Of a DNA stretch of 33,924 bases, positions 17,121 to 27,237 are shown one piece after another. Made by a program: the position numbers and the translations under genes. The number at the start of each line of letters is the position of its first letter. Positions within the stretch are counted from its first letter, which is position 1. The notes beneath the pieces were generated by a model. The model saw only the letters and a program-made list of their open reading frames with translations. It did not search any database and was not told where the DNA came from. Origin of the DNA: a virus. Taxonomy: Duplodnaviria > Caudoviricetes. The stretch is taken from the IMG/VR virus record IMGVR_UViG_3300029183_000021, positions 1 through 33,924 of that record; one strand, given 5' to 3'.

Positions 17121-17136
17121 GTATTGAATAATTACT
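17121..17136 (-). promoter_or_regulatory. Late motif AGTA-N5-TCAATAC upstream of the tailspike
   Basis: Minus strand AGTAATTATTCAATAC in the 46-nt intergenic gap. Confidence 0.65.
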
Positions 17137-17143
17137 CCCTGGC

Positions 17144-19186
17144 CTATTGACCAGAGAGTAGATTACTTAGTTCTTGTTGACGCTTAAGTAGCATCTCCTG
17201 CATGTAGTCTTGCCAGCGCTTGTCTGTTTCAGATTGCTGGACAGACCCTTCGGTACCCGCCATAAGAGCTGCAGAAGGTACACTCTCAACTACATCCATA
17301 GGTTTGAGGGCTTTCCTAAGTGCTGCCCCTGTTACCTGTTTCATACCTTTAAGAGCGTTTATGTTCTTCTTGATACTTGTGTAAGAAAGCTCAGGGATTT
17401 TCTTGGCTTTCTTAGCTTGGTCGAGCTCTTTAGATACACGAGTAAGCACCGCTTCCGGTACCACATCTACATCTTCGAAGCCTACTACCAAGTCCCTCAT
17501 CTCTTTGTTGAAGAGTTCTTGACCAGCCTCAAAACTAGGATCTCTTACCGCAGCCTTCTCAAGAGCCGTAGCCCTACCCAATGGGTCAGCCATCCTACGA
17601 GCGAATTGTTCCGCAGCACCTAGCTCTTTCTGCCTACCAAGTCTGTAGGAAAACTCACCTATGGTCCCATCGCTTAAATGAGGGAAAGCAGTTGTACTTC
17701 TAGTGTACACTTTATTGATAGCGTCCTTTTCAGGCCCAGAAGGCAGTAAGTTACGAGCATTCAGTAGATCATCCATAGAAGCTTCTTGGATGTTCCCTAC
17801 ACCAACACTACCTCCAGACACTTTCTTAAGAGCAGCGTCGATAGTTTCTCTGTTTACCCCTTCAGGTATTTCAGTACCTGTCAGGAAGTAAGCGCCTGGG
17901 ATTCTTTTTTCTAGGCTGGACAAAGAAGCCGATCTCAAAGCACCAGGACTTCCACCAAAGCTGTACTTAGGTGATTCCCTAAGATAGGCACCGTAAAGTC
18001 TCTCCTCACCGTGCTTAAGAGCAGACTGTAAAGGAGCTACACCCTCTATAAAGGGAGCACCTGATATAGCTCGGGGTTTGCCGTAGATACCAGCATACTT
18101 CCTAACAAGTTCGTCACCAGGCACTACACCGGGCTTACGGAACCCTGCGGGAGCTGCTGCACCTACAGTACCACCTAGTAAGGATGCGAGAGCTGGAGCA
18201 AGTCCTCCGCCTTCTTCCTCAGGCCTAGTGTACTGGAATCCTGTTTCAGACGCGATAAGGGGAGCTTCCTTCAGTACGGCAGGTGTCATACGCCCTAGAG
18301 CGCCTACATTCTCGGCCACTTCTACACCTCTAGCTGCGTCTTGAAGTCTAGGGACTCCTGTTAGCATGGATGCACCACGTCCTCCAGCACCTCTTAAGGC
18401 GCCTCCTAGAGGTAAAGCTCCACGCACACCTCTAAGGCCTGCTTTTACACCAGCACCAGGGATAGGCGATAAGAACTCTTCTGCTACTTCACGACCAACA
18501 GTCTTGTACTTAGAAGGCATGGAGAATTCCTGAGCAGGGCTGAGGTAAGGATCGTCACTTGCTGCGGCGATACCTGCTGCTACACCTCTGCCAGGCATGG
18601 TAAAGATATCTTTAGCGGCGCCGAACCCACGGGTCCAACCACCTTCTCCTTCACGAGCTTCAAACTCCGGAAAGAGAGTCCAATCGTCATCAGCCACTTG
18701 CTTGTAAGCCATCTTTTTGTAGATACGATCCAGGTAAGGGTTATCAGAAGTATACTGAGCTACCACGTTATCCACGTCCTCATCGGATTCTACAGCCATG
18801 ATGTTGTCGTAAGCGTCACGTAACTTCAAGACTTTCTGGAGGTTACGGATTTTCCTGGGATCCATGGATGTCGTAAGAGACATAGGATCGTAACCCTTGT
18901 CGCGCTCTTTCTGGATCTTATCAAGGATGTCGTTACGATCCATCGCTAGGATAGGCACGATAGAGGTACCTGCTTCGCGCTGGATAAGTTTGATAGCATC
19001 TTCTTGATACTTCTTAGCCTTAGCTGTAGGACCCACAGGTTCTGCAGGAGCTTCTACTTCTGCTTCCTTACTGAATACATCTCCCTTGGAGATCCTACCC
19101 GCTTGGTAGAGTTTGCGTATCTGTTCAGGTGTGACTTGGATTGTGTCCCCATTAGGAGCCACAATCCCATAAATCTTTTCAGCCAT
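17144..19186 (-). CDS. Probable DNA ejection / internal virion protein
   Basis: 680 aa, Gly/Ala-rich and helical; third gene of the post-gp10 trio, the position of P22 gp16. Confidence 0.65.
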   Translation of the reverse strand: MAEKIYGIVAPNGDTIQVTPEQIRKLYQAGRISKGDVFSKEAEVEAPAEPVGPTAKAKKYQEDAIKLIQREAGTSIVPILAMDRNDILDKIQKERDKGYDPMSLTTSMDPRKIRNLQKVLKLRDAYDNIMAVESDEDVDNVVAQYTSDNPYLDRIYKKMAYKQVADDDWTLFPEFEAREGEGGWTRGFGAAKDIFTMPGRGVAAGIAAASDDPYLSPAQEFSMPSKYKTVGREVAEEFLSPIPGAGVKAGLRGVRGALPLGGALRGAGGRGASMLTGVPRLQDAARGVEVAENVGALGRMTPAVLKEAPLIASETGFQYTRPEEEGGGLAPALASLLGGTVGAAAPAGFRKPGVVPGDELVRKYAGIYGKPRAISGAPFIEGVAPLQSALKHGEERLYGAYLRESPKYSFGGSPGALRSASLSSLEKRIPGAYFLTGTEIPEGVNRETIDAALKKVSGGSVGVGNIQEASMDDLLNARNLLPSGPEKDAINKVYTRSTTAFPHLSDGTIGEFSYRLGRQKELGAAEQFARRMADPLGRATALEKAAVRDPSFEAGQELFNKEMRDLVVGFEDVDVVPEAVLTRVSKELDQAKKAKKIPELSYTSIKKNINALKGMKQVTGAALRKALKPMDVVESVPSAALMAGTEGSVQQSETDKRWQDYMQEMLLKRQQELSNLLSGQ

Positions 19187-20364
19187 TAGTTTCCTCCAAA
19201 GAGAGCGTCTAATTCTTCATCACTCACCTTCTTCCAGCTAGAAGCAGGCGCTGCAGGTTTAGGAGCTGCCTTAGCCTTAGGAGCTTTATCTTCCCTCATC
19301 TTGATGTACTTAGAAGACATCTTACTTCTCAACTTGTTAAGGATCTTCTGGGTATCCGTAACAGACAAGTACTTGTTAGCGATCTTCTTGAGGTAAGCTT
19401 CTCTCGCTTGTGGAGAGGCCACACCTGTCAGAACAGGGATTAAACCAGTAGTCTCGTCTTGGAACCTCTTAAGCTCCTGTCCAGTAAGTGCAATAGTCAT
19501 GAAGTTAGTGAACTCGTCTGCCCCGATAGCAGCACCTGATTCTTTACGTAGGGCTGTCATAAGAGCATCTAGCTTACGTGCGTTGTCATCAGGAGCAGCC
19601 AGTAGAGCTGTATATGGCTCATACATCCACTTGTTCTTCTCTTCTAGAGTAAGGAACTGCTCTTCAGCTTTCTGCCCACGCTGGTAGCCTGTCTCTTCCT
19701 GTTCTTTCAAAGAGAAGGCTGTATTATCGATCCAGTTTTCTGCAATAGCAGAAGCGCGAGATGCATTAACCGCATTAGCCTGACCCAACTCTCCTTGATC
19801 CTGTTCCCAAGATTTAAGAGCTGTTAAAGCCTCTGCTCTGTTTTTGAAATCACCACCAAGAGCTTCTTTAGCCACATTAAGAGCCTCCGCCCTCAACTCA
19901 GCTAGTGTGCGAGGTTCTCCTGGTGCATCCCCCTTATCAGCTTTAGGATCTACATCTGGGATATCCCATACCTCGGGGCGTCTCTCTTTAAGTAATTGAG
20001 CAAGCCTGTTCCTTTGAGCTGTGTAAAGTTTTACGTCTTTAGAACGATAAGCTCGGATAGCATAGTTTAACCCTCTGCTAGCATCCTTCCAGAGTTGCTC
20101 TAACTGCTTGATCTCGGCCTTTGTACCTGTTTGGGCACCCATCTTAGCCTGAAACTGTTCGTTAGCCATACGGGCCTGTAAAGCTTCTTCAGGCCTATAC
20201 GTAGCCATAGTACCAATGGCCTGCTTTACAGGAACTTCTTGAGTAAGTGCTTGGCCCAATGCTAGAGAACCAGCAAGTTCTCTTCCTTGCTGGAAACCTT
20301 TAAAGGCATCAGGTTGTTGTGCCCCTGCTAAGAGGCTTCCTAGGAATTGTTGTCCTACTTGCAT
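19186..20364 (-). CDS. Probable DNA ejection protein
   Basis: Ala/Gln-rich helical protein with LRKESGAAIGADEF motif; position of P22 gp20. Confidence 0.65.
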   Translation of the reverse strand: MQVGQQFLGSLLAGAQQPDAFKGFQQGRELAGSLALGQALTQEVPVKQAIGTMATYRPEEALQARMANEQFQAKMGAQTGTKAEIKQLEQLWKDASRGLNYAIRAYRSKDVKLYTAQRNRLAQLLKERRPEVWDIPDVDPKADKGDAPGEPRTLAELRAEALNVAKEALGGDFKNRAEALTALKSWEQDQGELGQANAVNASRASAIAENWIDNTAFSLKEQEETGYQRGQKAEEQFLTLEEKNKWMYEPYTALLAAPDDNARKLDALMTALRKESGAAIGADEFTNFMTIALTGQELKRFQDETTGLIPVLTGVASPQAREAYLKKIANKYLSVTDTQKILNKLRSKMSSKYIKMREDKAPKAKAAPKPAAPASSWKKVSDEELDALFGGN

Positions 20365-20365
20365 A

Positions 20366-21256
20366 TTAACCTCCTAAGTTGCCTTGAGGCATGTAACCAC
20401 CGGCGCCGTAAGCTGCACCCATTCCAAACTGGGGATTTCCTGGTTGAGGAGGAACCATGGTTTGTGCTGGGATCTGAGCAGATTGTGGTGCAGGTGGGTT
20501 GATCATCTGTTGTGTCTGATAAGCTCCAAGTCCCTGACCTAAAGCATTTGTTAATCCGCCAGCTAGGTTAGCACCGAAGGCACCTGGAGCTGCAGCAGCT
20601 ACTGCTTGAGCTTGTCCCTGCTGTTGTAACAAGTTGGCTACATTAGATGCCTGGCCTGTGCGAAGGTTAGCGATAGATTGACCTGCTCCGAAACCTTGTT
20701 GGGACAGATTAGCTATCTGATTGTAACGATCAGCTACATTCTGACGGGAGATGTTGAAACGGTTGACAAAATCTTGATAGTCGAAAGCCCTCTCTTGGCC
20801 TCTACGAGCGAAAGCGTTCTGATAATCCATCATAGCTCTGTCTTGAGCCTCTTGTTGTAAGGCCTTAAGAGTTGCTCCAGAAGACAATTGTCCTCCAGCT
20901 GCGGCAGATTGTTCTAATTGCTCTCTGATTTTTCTTTGTTGATAGTCGGTAGAAGGGTCTAGGTAATCTTCAACAGATCCCTGGAACTGATACTCAGGGA
21001 TCTCGGGCCCCGTAAACTGACCAGACTGGATGCCTGCTAAAAGCATGTTAAGTCCTTCTTGACCTGCTGCCGAATAGGGCTCAAGGTAAGGCAATGCATC
21101 AGCATATGCTCTACGTTGTTCCTCGATACCTAGCTGTGCAGCTCTAGTTTGTGCATCTGCAGCCGCTTCCGCTGCTGACTTCTGCCCCCAAGCACTCAAT
21201 CCAGAGCCTATGAGGCTTCCTCCTCCGAGGATAAGTCCTACTGTTAATGGATCCAT
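20366..21256 (-). CDS. DNA ejection (pilot) protein, P22 gp7-like
   Basis: Gly-rich hydrophobic N-terminus; LEPYSAAGQEGL and SAAAGGQLSSGATLKALQ motifs. Confidence 0.8.
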   Translation of the reverse strand: MDPLTVGLILGGGSLIGSGLSAWGQKSAAEAAADAQTRAAQLGIEEQRRAYADALPYLEPYSAAGQEGLNMLLAGIQSGQFTGPEIPEYQFQGSVEDYLDPSTDYQQRKIREQLEQSAAAGGQLSSGATLKALQQEAQDRAMMDYQNAFARRGQERAFDYQDFVNRFNISRQNVADRYNQIANLSQQGFGAGQSIANLRTGQASNVANLLQQQGQAQAVAAAAPGAFGANLAGGLTNALGQGLGAYQTQQMINPPAPQSAQIPAQTMVPPQPGNPQFGMGAAYGAGGYMPQGNLGG

Positions 21257-21258
21257 AT

Positions 21259-21681
21259 TTATACCCTCAATAGTGTTCCTTTAATGATTACTTCTGTGGA
21301 CGTGATAGCAGGGAGAGTTAAAGTCTTACCTTCTACATAACATCCGTCATTTATTGACCAAATACCGCCATTCAGCTGGTAACAATCCAGTATAGTGGGC
21401 TGTGCCGTGAAGGGGTAGGTCCAAGTTAAAGTGTCTCCTTGACTGGCGGACACAGAATCAAGTCTAATAACAAGTTGGAGAACGTTACCTTGAAGCTGTC
21501 CACCTACCGTCACGCCAGTCGAAGGAGTAAGATCAAATGCAGAGGAGACGGGTCCCCACGACCCCTCCAAAGCATCAGAGACATCCGTAAGATGCTGCAA
21601 CCACACCTTAGTTAGGAAGTCCCTGTCAGTTATCTGGTTTTTAGTAGGAGCTACTCCTACATCTACATACGATCCGCTCAT
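21259..21681 (-). CDS. Small tail-associated hypothetical protein
   Basis: ATGA-coupled to the gp10-like gene; lies between tail and ejection genes. Confidence 0.65.
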   Translation of the reverse strand: MSGSYVDVGVAPTKNQITDRDFLTKVWLQHLTDVSDALEGSWGPVSSAFDLTPSTGVTVGGQLQGNVLQLVIRLDSVSASQGDTLTWTYPFTAQPTILDCYQLNGGIWSINDGCYVEGKTLTLPAITSTEVIIKGTLLRV

Positions 21682-23171
21682 ACACGCCCCTTCTGTGTGA
21701 TGGCTCTGCCACCTAACATCCTTACAGGTACTGGATCAGACACTTTGATACGGTACACACGATCTCTCGCTCTACCTAATCTTCTCCAACGTGCACGTAC
21801 TTTCCTCTGTCCTACACGGCCTAGTTCGATCCATCTCTCGTTCGACCAGGTGTAACCACCGTCATCAGAGTACTGTAACATGATCCGTGGTACGGAGCCT
21901 TGTCCAGTCTGTAAGCCCACACCTGTCTCCATGTCCACTTGGAACTCTTTATGGAATACAAGATTAAGCTCATCCCAGTAAGTGGGGGACTGGCGTGTAC
22001 AGATCACAGGCAGATCCCCTGAAGGATCATAATCAGTACGAGCATTCACATCAAGCTTGAGGATGAATGGGCCTGCGAGGGACCCCATAAGGATCTCATT
22101 GTTACCAAAGGTGGCAAAGATCGGTGCCCACCTATTCTCGATGTTCAGTAATGGGTCCCTGGTAGTACGTTCATGCCACTGGTCTGTGCTAAGGTCATAC
22201 TCCCATGTCTGATTCCCACCTATAAAGGTAAGACAGTACATAGTGTGTCCCTCGAACTGGTACGTGAATCCCACTGCATCAGATGTGTTAGCGATTTGAT
22301 CAAGTTGGTCTTCGATCGCGTGGGTCGAGATCCTTCTAGCATTATACCCGTCAGAAACGTACACTTGGTTCTTACCTGCTTTAGAGGATCCCAACCAAAA
22401 TACGTTCTCCGCGATATCTGCCACAGAATCCGGTGCGCCGCAACCGATCTCACCAAATGAACCACCTACCCGTGAGTAAGGACTATCGGCATTAGTAGTC
22501 GTACGCCATACCTCGAAAGACTTAGGACCAAAAAGCCATGTCTCACCTTGGCGTTTAGAAATAGAAACGATAGGGTCTGCAGAACCTTTAGCATTGTACC
22601 AATCCGCTCCTCCCCAGCTATTAGGGTTACTTAGGGCACTGTAATAGACTTTGTTGTAGTTGTTTACCACATCCTTAGTAGTGTCCCTGTTGATGACGAG
22701 TACACGCTCATCCAAGAATACACACTCGGTGGGGAATTGGAACGGTACCGTAGGCGTGTTAAGTGTATTAGTTTCAAGGTCATACACATAAAGCGTAGTA
22801 CCATCTACGAATACCAACTCGTTACCCGTGTCACAGAACGAAACACGGGAAGTTAGGTTGGATATGGTAGCTCTCTCAATAGCCTGAGTTCCTGTGTCCT
22901 CGATAAGCTTGTCACCATATACGGAAAACACTCTTGTCTGGTACACGTTAGCGATGTTGTCTATCGCAGCTACCTCATAAATACCTCTACAAGCCCCATC
23001 AGTGATACCAGAAAGGTCCCGATACAATACAGTACCAGGACAGTTTTGGAGGATGTAGCGGGACTTGGCGTTAGCGTCCTTGATAAGCTCAGGGTACATA
23101 TTCACAGTACGCTGAGCACTTACACTCAACGATCTGTGTTGGTACGCCTGTCCTACGAATGGAACCATCAT
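21678..23171 (-). CDS. Tail / DNA stabilisation protein, P22 gp10-like
   Basis: QRTVNMYPE, WLFGPKSFEVW, RRISTHAIE, YSDDGGYTWS and WRRLGRARDRVYRI motifs. Confidence 0.9.
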   Translation of the reverse strand: MMVPFVGQAYQHRSLSVSAQRTVNMYPELIKDANAKSRYILQNCPGTVLYRDLSGITDGACRGIYEVAAIDNIANVYQTRVFSVYGDKLIEDTGTQAIERATISNLTSRVSFCDTGNELVFVDGTTLYVYDLETNTLNTPTVPFQFPTECVFLDERVLVINRDTTKDVVNNYNKVYYSALSNPNSWGGADWYNAKGSADPIVSISKRQGETWLFGPKSFEVWRTTTNADSPYSRVGGSFGEIGCGAPDSVADIAENVFWLGSSKAGKNQVYVSDGYNARRISTHAIEDQLDQIANTSDAVGFTYQFEGHTMYCLTFIGGNQTWEYDLSTDQWHERTTRDPLLNIENRWAPIFATFGNNEILMGSLAGPFILKLDVNARTDYDPSGDLPVICTRQSPTYWDELNLVFHKEFQVDMETGVGLQTGQGSVPRIMLQYSDDGGYTWSNERWIELGRVGQRKVRARWRRLGRARDRVYRIKVSDPVPVRMLGGRAITQKGRV

Positions 23172-24382
23172 AAGTACTGATCTCCGTAGATGTCGTACTG
23201 TCCGGCTCTATCCAAGTCGGATTCAAGCACATTAGGTTTGTAGTTGTTACGCTTAAGAGTAGCTTTACGCTCCTTCGCTATCTGGGCCACCCTAGGTGAG
23301 TCCACTTTGTAGTTCACACACAAGATGTCTGCTAATAGGTACTGGAGAGTCGACTCGTATCCCTGAGGTAGATTCAGCTCGTCATCCAATTCCAGATTAC
23401 AGATGTAGGAGCCATAGAAGATCGTGACTGGGTAATCTGTGTCAGGCTTAGGATTGAGTTGGATCGCTCCAAAAGGGAATGATGTGTAATAAGTGTAAGA
23501 TGTAGGACGTCCAGCTGATGCGATATACTTAGGCTGCTCATCCCATTGGTTTACAGGGTAGAACCTAATACGCTCCTGGTAAGTGTCGAAAGTAAGAAGC
23601 ATAGAGTCTATGGTGTCAGGGCGTTGAGCTCTTACATCAGGTACATCTGCTTCCTCAGGGAATACATATCCCACTTTACGTTCTTTAGGGAACATCACTC
23701 TATCAGCATATAAGAATGCAGATCCACCAGAATATCTTGTCGCGCCTGTGATAGGCTGACCAGTCCCGTCTTCATAAGCTTCAATGTCTGTTACGATGTA
23801 CGTGGTAGGGTTAGTGATCGAATCCACTGTACAGATGACAGAGTAGCTATTAGAATCAGTCACAATCAGATTGTCCCCCACTTGGAAAGAGGAGGGAGAT
23901 GTGAAGATAAGAGCTTCTGAAGGGCTTACTTCATTAGGGAGGGGGATATCGATGGTAGCCACTTCCTCTGTATTAGTGGGAATGGCTTGAGTCGCTACAG
24001 TAAATGTCCTCTCGGTTTCTTCCAGGACAGGTACATCCATCAGATTGTAATTAACGGTATCAAACACCTTTATTAGATCACCTTGCTGGAAACCATGGTC
24101 CTTCTTAGCAGTATAGACCTGTGTGGCTCCGTTAGAGACGATCTGGGTGAGTTTAATGCCTTCACCCTCACCGATAGTCAACTGATCCTGTGAAGGGACC
24201 ATACGCGTGTCTATGCGGTTAGATGTAAAAGGGAACAACTTCTCTTGATTGAGGGTATCGAGAAGGATGTTGAGCTCATGGAGCCCGTGACTGATTTCAG
24301 AATCCTCAGCATTCTCTGTGGGTTCTATGATTCCACCAGTAATCAAAGCGTTTGTTACCAGTGTACGAGCTGTATTAGCCAT
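23168..24382 (-). CDS. Head-tail adaptor (P22 gp4-like) with a large internal insertion
   Basis: N-terminal TARTLVTNAL..GII...GLHELNILLD and C-terminal LNLPQGYESTLQYLLA; about 175 extra residues in between. Confidence 0.75.
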   Translation of the reverse strand: MANTARTLVTNALITGGIIEPTENAEDSEISHGLHELNILLDTLNQEKLFPFTSNRIDTRMVPSQDQLTIGEGEGIKLTQIVSNGATQVYTAKKDHGFQQGDLIKVFDTVNYNLMDVPVLEETERTFTVATQAIPTNTEEVATIDIPLPNEVSPSEALIFTSPSSFQVGDNLIVTDSNSYSVICTVDSITNPTTYIVTDIEAYEDGTGQPITGATRYSGGSAFLYADRVMFPKERKVGYVFPEEADVPDVRAQRPDTIDSMLLTFDTYQERIRFYPVNQWDEQPKYIASAGRPTSYTYYTSFPFGAIQLNPKPDTDYPVTIFYGSYICNLELDDELNLPQGYESTLQYLLADILCVNYKVDSPRVAQIAKERKATLKRNNYKPNVLESDLDRAGQYDIYGDQYL

Positions 24383-24398
24383 GAGTACCTCTACTTAT

Positions 24399-24539
24399 TC
24401 ATTTGTCCTTCTTACCAGCCAGGGAGCTGAAGGGAACTTCATCGTTCTTCTTGGCATAATAAGCGGCCACCTGCTCTTTAGTGAACACGCGGCCGCTGGG
24501 AGATTTGTATTTACCGTTTCCAATCTTCTTGAATGGCAT
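24399..24539 (-). CDS. 46-aa basic hypothetical protein (absent from the ORF track)
   Basis: MPFKKIGNGKYKSPSGRVFTKEQVAAYYAKKNDEVPFSSLAGKKDK with AGGT upstream; fills the gap between its neighbours. Confidence 0.7.
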   Translation of the reverse strand: MPFKKIGNGKYKSPSGRVFTKEQVAAYYAKKNDEVPFSSLAGKKDK

Positions 24540-24546
24540 TGTCTAC

Positions 24547-24990
24547 CTATTTTGCTTTAGACTTCGACGCGCTTCTGCTTCGAGTTGTTTTCTTTGCTGC
24601 CGGTTTAGGTGCGGGAACTGGCTCTTCGGAAGGACTCGGTTCTGAAGCTTCTCCGTCATCTCCGCTTGCTTCTGGGGAGGCTTCATCCTCATCTCCAGAT
24701 TCTTCAGAGCCATCCTCTCCGCTTGTCTCCTCTGCTGTCTTGTCAGATTCAGACCCTGCTTCTGGACTTGCTCCTTCGCTGTCTCCGTCACCTTTTGATT
24801 CATTGGTACCATCGTCGTTCTCCTTTACGAGGGCTGGGTTAAAAAATTCTTTAGTTGTTACGAAGCCTGTGCTACGAGCAGCAACTTCCTCTTCTCCAGA
24901 GTTCACTACTTTGCTTGCTACAAAGGTCTCGCCGTGTTTAGGATGTTCTTCCGGGTATCCTGCTTTTTTGATCAATGTAAGTGGGTACAT
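24547..24990 (-). CDS. Hypothetical protein after the coat gene with an acidic low-complexity linker and basic tail
   Basis: GGAGAG RBS; short folded N-terminus, then E/D/S/G-rich run, then KKTTRSRSASKSKAK. Confidence 0.75.
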   Translation of the reverse strand: MYPLTLIKKAGYPEEHPKHGETFVASKVVNSGEEEVAARSTGFVTTKEFFNPALVKENDDGTNESKGDGDSEGASPEAGSESDKTAEETSGEDGSEESGDEDEASPEASGDDGEASEPSPSEEPVPAPKPAAKKTTRSRSASKSKAK

Positions 24991-25005
24991 ATTCTCTCCA
25001 AATGG

Positions 25006-25033
25006 AAAAAGAGGGCTAGTTATCCTAGCCCTC
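25006..25033 (-). terminator. Intrinsic terminator after the coat gene
   Basis: Minus strand GAGGGCTAG-GATAA-CTAGCCCTC-TTTTT. Confidence 0.85.
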
Positions 25034-25048
25034 CTCAGTTAGTTGTTA

Positions 25049-26278
25049 CTAAGGGATGTTGATTACGCGAGTAGCCAATTGGTCCCAAAGGATAGTTTGT
25101 CCGAAGTAAGTATCGAAACGGTGGATGTAGTCATCGTTAGTGATGTCGAAATCCTCTACGTATCTCATACCAATTCCCTCGTACATCTTAGAAGATGCTT
25201 CGTTCACACCGCGAGGAGCTTTAGCGTCACAGAATGCGAGCGTAGCGAAGTCAGGGTGGAAAGCAAGAGATTGTGAGTACGACTCGTTTTCAGATCCCAA
25301 GAATACCACTGCGTCACCTGAAGCAGGAAGACGAGATACGTTTTTCAACGTAGCAGTAGAACTAGGAGCAACAGTTGATCCGTCATAGATAGGAGCAACA
25401 GAGATAGTCACTGCACCTGCTACAGCAGTAGCGTCTGCAAGTACTACGAATTGCTTAGGACGAGAGTACTCTTTCTTAGTCTGGTAGTTGAGGTCTTTAA
25501 CATCGTTACCACCGGTGTTGATAGTGAAGATCTCACCACGTTTGATGGTACCAGTCGCATCAAGACCAGATAAATCGATAGTAGAGTCACCATCAGCTAC
25601 GTTAGCTGCCACAGCCACGGTACGAACAGAGTTAGTACCAGTTTCGTAGTTAGGTATAAGGTTAGATTCTACGAAGCCGAAGCCAGAGAATTTACCCATT
25701 TTACCTTTGATGTACTGCTTGTCGATCTGCTCAGCAGAGTTGAAGAACTTCTCTGTACCTTCCAATAGATCAACTTGTTGAGAAGGATTGATCATGAAGA
25801 TACGCTTCTCATCCATAGGAGCCAAGTTTTCGTCAAGACGAGCTTTTGCTTTGTAGATGTCGCGAGAAGTTAGAGTAGAGTTAACGATCGCGTTAGATAC
25901 CTGAGGCATCAAATCAGCAAGAACGAGGGACTCGATGTGAGTAGCCAAGTTAGGGATTTCTTTGTCAAGTACGCGGTCAGAGAATTCTTTGATGTCAAGT
26001 TCTTTCTCGAGAGAAGAGAATTTAACGTCGGAACCTTCTTGCTCACTGATAGATAGAGTACGGAAAGTCTCTACGAAATCTTGAGGAACTGCTACTTTAC
26101 CAGAACGCTGGCGAGGGTTGAAAGGAACACGAAGACGAATCGTATCACCTACTGATTCAGGCGCTTTGAAAGTCTTGGAGTATTTTTGGTTGACAATTTT
26201 ACAGAACTGAAGGTTGTTAATCAATAGACGCAATGCTTCAGCTGCAACTTTGTCGGTATTTGTAAAAAGATTAGCCAT
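25049..26278 (-). CDS. Major capsid protein, P22 coat (gp5) family
   Basis: MANLFTNTDKVAAEALRLLINNL, VGDTIRLRVP, LAFHPDFATLA and FDITNDDYIHRFDTYFG motifs. Confidence 0.95.
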   Translation of the reverse strand: MANLFTNTDKVAAEALRLLINNLQFCKIVNQKYSKTFKAPESVGDTIRLRVPFNPRQRSGKVAVPQDFVETFRTLSISEQEGSDVKFSSLEKELDIKEFSDRVLDKEIPNLATHIESLVLADLMPQVSNAIVNSTLTSRDIYKAKARLDENLAPMDEKRIFMINPSQQVDLLEGTEKFFNSAEQIDKQYIKGKMGKFSGFGFVESNLIPNYETGTNSVRTVAVAANVADGDSTIDLSGLDATGTIKRGEIFTINTGGNDVKDLNYQTKKEYSRPKQFVVLADATAVAGAVTISVAPIYDGSTVAPSSTATLKNVSRLPASGDAVVFLGSENESYSQSLAFHPDFATLAFCDAKAPRGVNEASSKMYEGIGMRYVEDFDITNDDYIHRFDTYFGQTILWDQLATRVINIP

Positions 26279-26291
26279 CTTTGTTTACCTC

Positions 26292-27173
26292 TTAGAAAAA
26301 GTTACTTTTGCCGCTCTCTTTATTTCTCTGGTTCATCCAGTCTGCTAGAGAGACAGCGCTTCCTTTATTGGCACCACCCTGAGGTTTTGTTACAGGTGCG
26401 GGTGCTTGTGAAACTTCTACTTTAGGGGTTGCGGCAGGTGTTTGGGGAGCAGCGGCAGGTGCCTGACTAAGCTCGAACTCCACCCTTGCGAGGTAACGGT
26501 CACGTTGGCGTTGGTTGAGAGTACCATACTTTTCAGCTTCAGAAGGGTTGTTTGCGAACCTATAAGCGATATCCGGTCCCAGGTCACTCTCCATTATGTC
26601 GAGTACAGCTTGTTGAGGCATTGACATTCCTAGGCTTGTGACTTTCTCTTGATAGTCTGTTACGCCTGTTTTTTGTTTATACGCTTCAACTTTGCCTAAC
26701 CAGGATTGGTTGAAAGCTTCTGCTTGCGAGTGTGCATGCTGAGCCTTCATGGCTTCTTCTTGTTGCTTCAAATAGACTTCTCTAGCAGCTTCTTGAGCTA
26801 AATGCCTGTTCCATCCATCAACGTCGTCACCAAAGTCCTCTTTGGTAGGTTTCGTTTGTGTCTCCTGCTTCATCGCGTCAAGTTCTTGTTGTAAAGCGTA
26901 CAGTTCAGTTTGGCTCTTAGATCTCTCTTTGTTCAGCCTAGTTTGAACGATACGGTTTACTGCTTCTTGTTGCTCGGCAGTAAATAGAGGCTTGTCCTTG
27001 GATTCTGCGGGAGTCTCTTGTGGAGTTGCTGCTGCTGGATCTGCAGGAGTCTCTACATTAGTCTCGACCGGAGTCTCTTGAGGGGCTTCTTGTCCTGAAG
27101 TTTCTTGTGCCTCGGTTTCAGTGGATCCGAGAATATCTTCTGCACTTAAAGGGCCTTCTTGCGAAGTGGTCAT
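26292..27173 (-). CDS. Scaffolding protein
   Basis: Acidic N-terminus, coiled coil, IMESDLGPDIAY motif; lies between portal and coat. Confidence 0.85.
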   Translation of the reverse strand: MTTSQEGPLSAEDILGSTETEAQETSGQEAPQETPVETNVETPADPAAATPQETPAESKDKPLFTAEQQEAVNRIVQTRLNKERSKSQTELYALQQELDAMKQETQTKPTKEDFGDDVDGWNRHLAQEAAREVYLKQQEEAMKAQHAHSQAEAFNQSWLGKVEAYKQKTGVTDYQEKVTSLGMSMPQQAVLDIMESDLGPDIAYRFANNPSEAEKYGTLNQRQRDRYLARVEFELSQAPAAAPQTPAATPKVEVSQAPAPVTKPQGGANKGSAVSLADWMNQRNKESGKSNFF

Positions 27174-27237
27174 AATTGAACCTCAATTCCTGAGTAAGTT
27201 TTCCGGCAAAAAGGTGCCGTTCCTATAACTGTGAGTC

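Noticed and set aside
24543-24812. 89-aa Gln/Arg-rich alternative-frame ORF
   Set aside because: By-product of the low-complexity acidic gene; no evidence for its own start or a frameshift.
25034-25060. Possible coat read-through or frameshift extension
   Set aside because: Double stop TAG TAA followed by a terminator; no slippery site seen.
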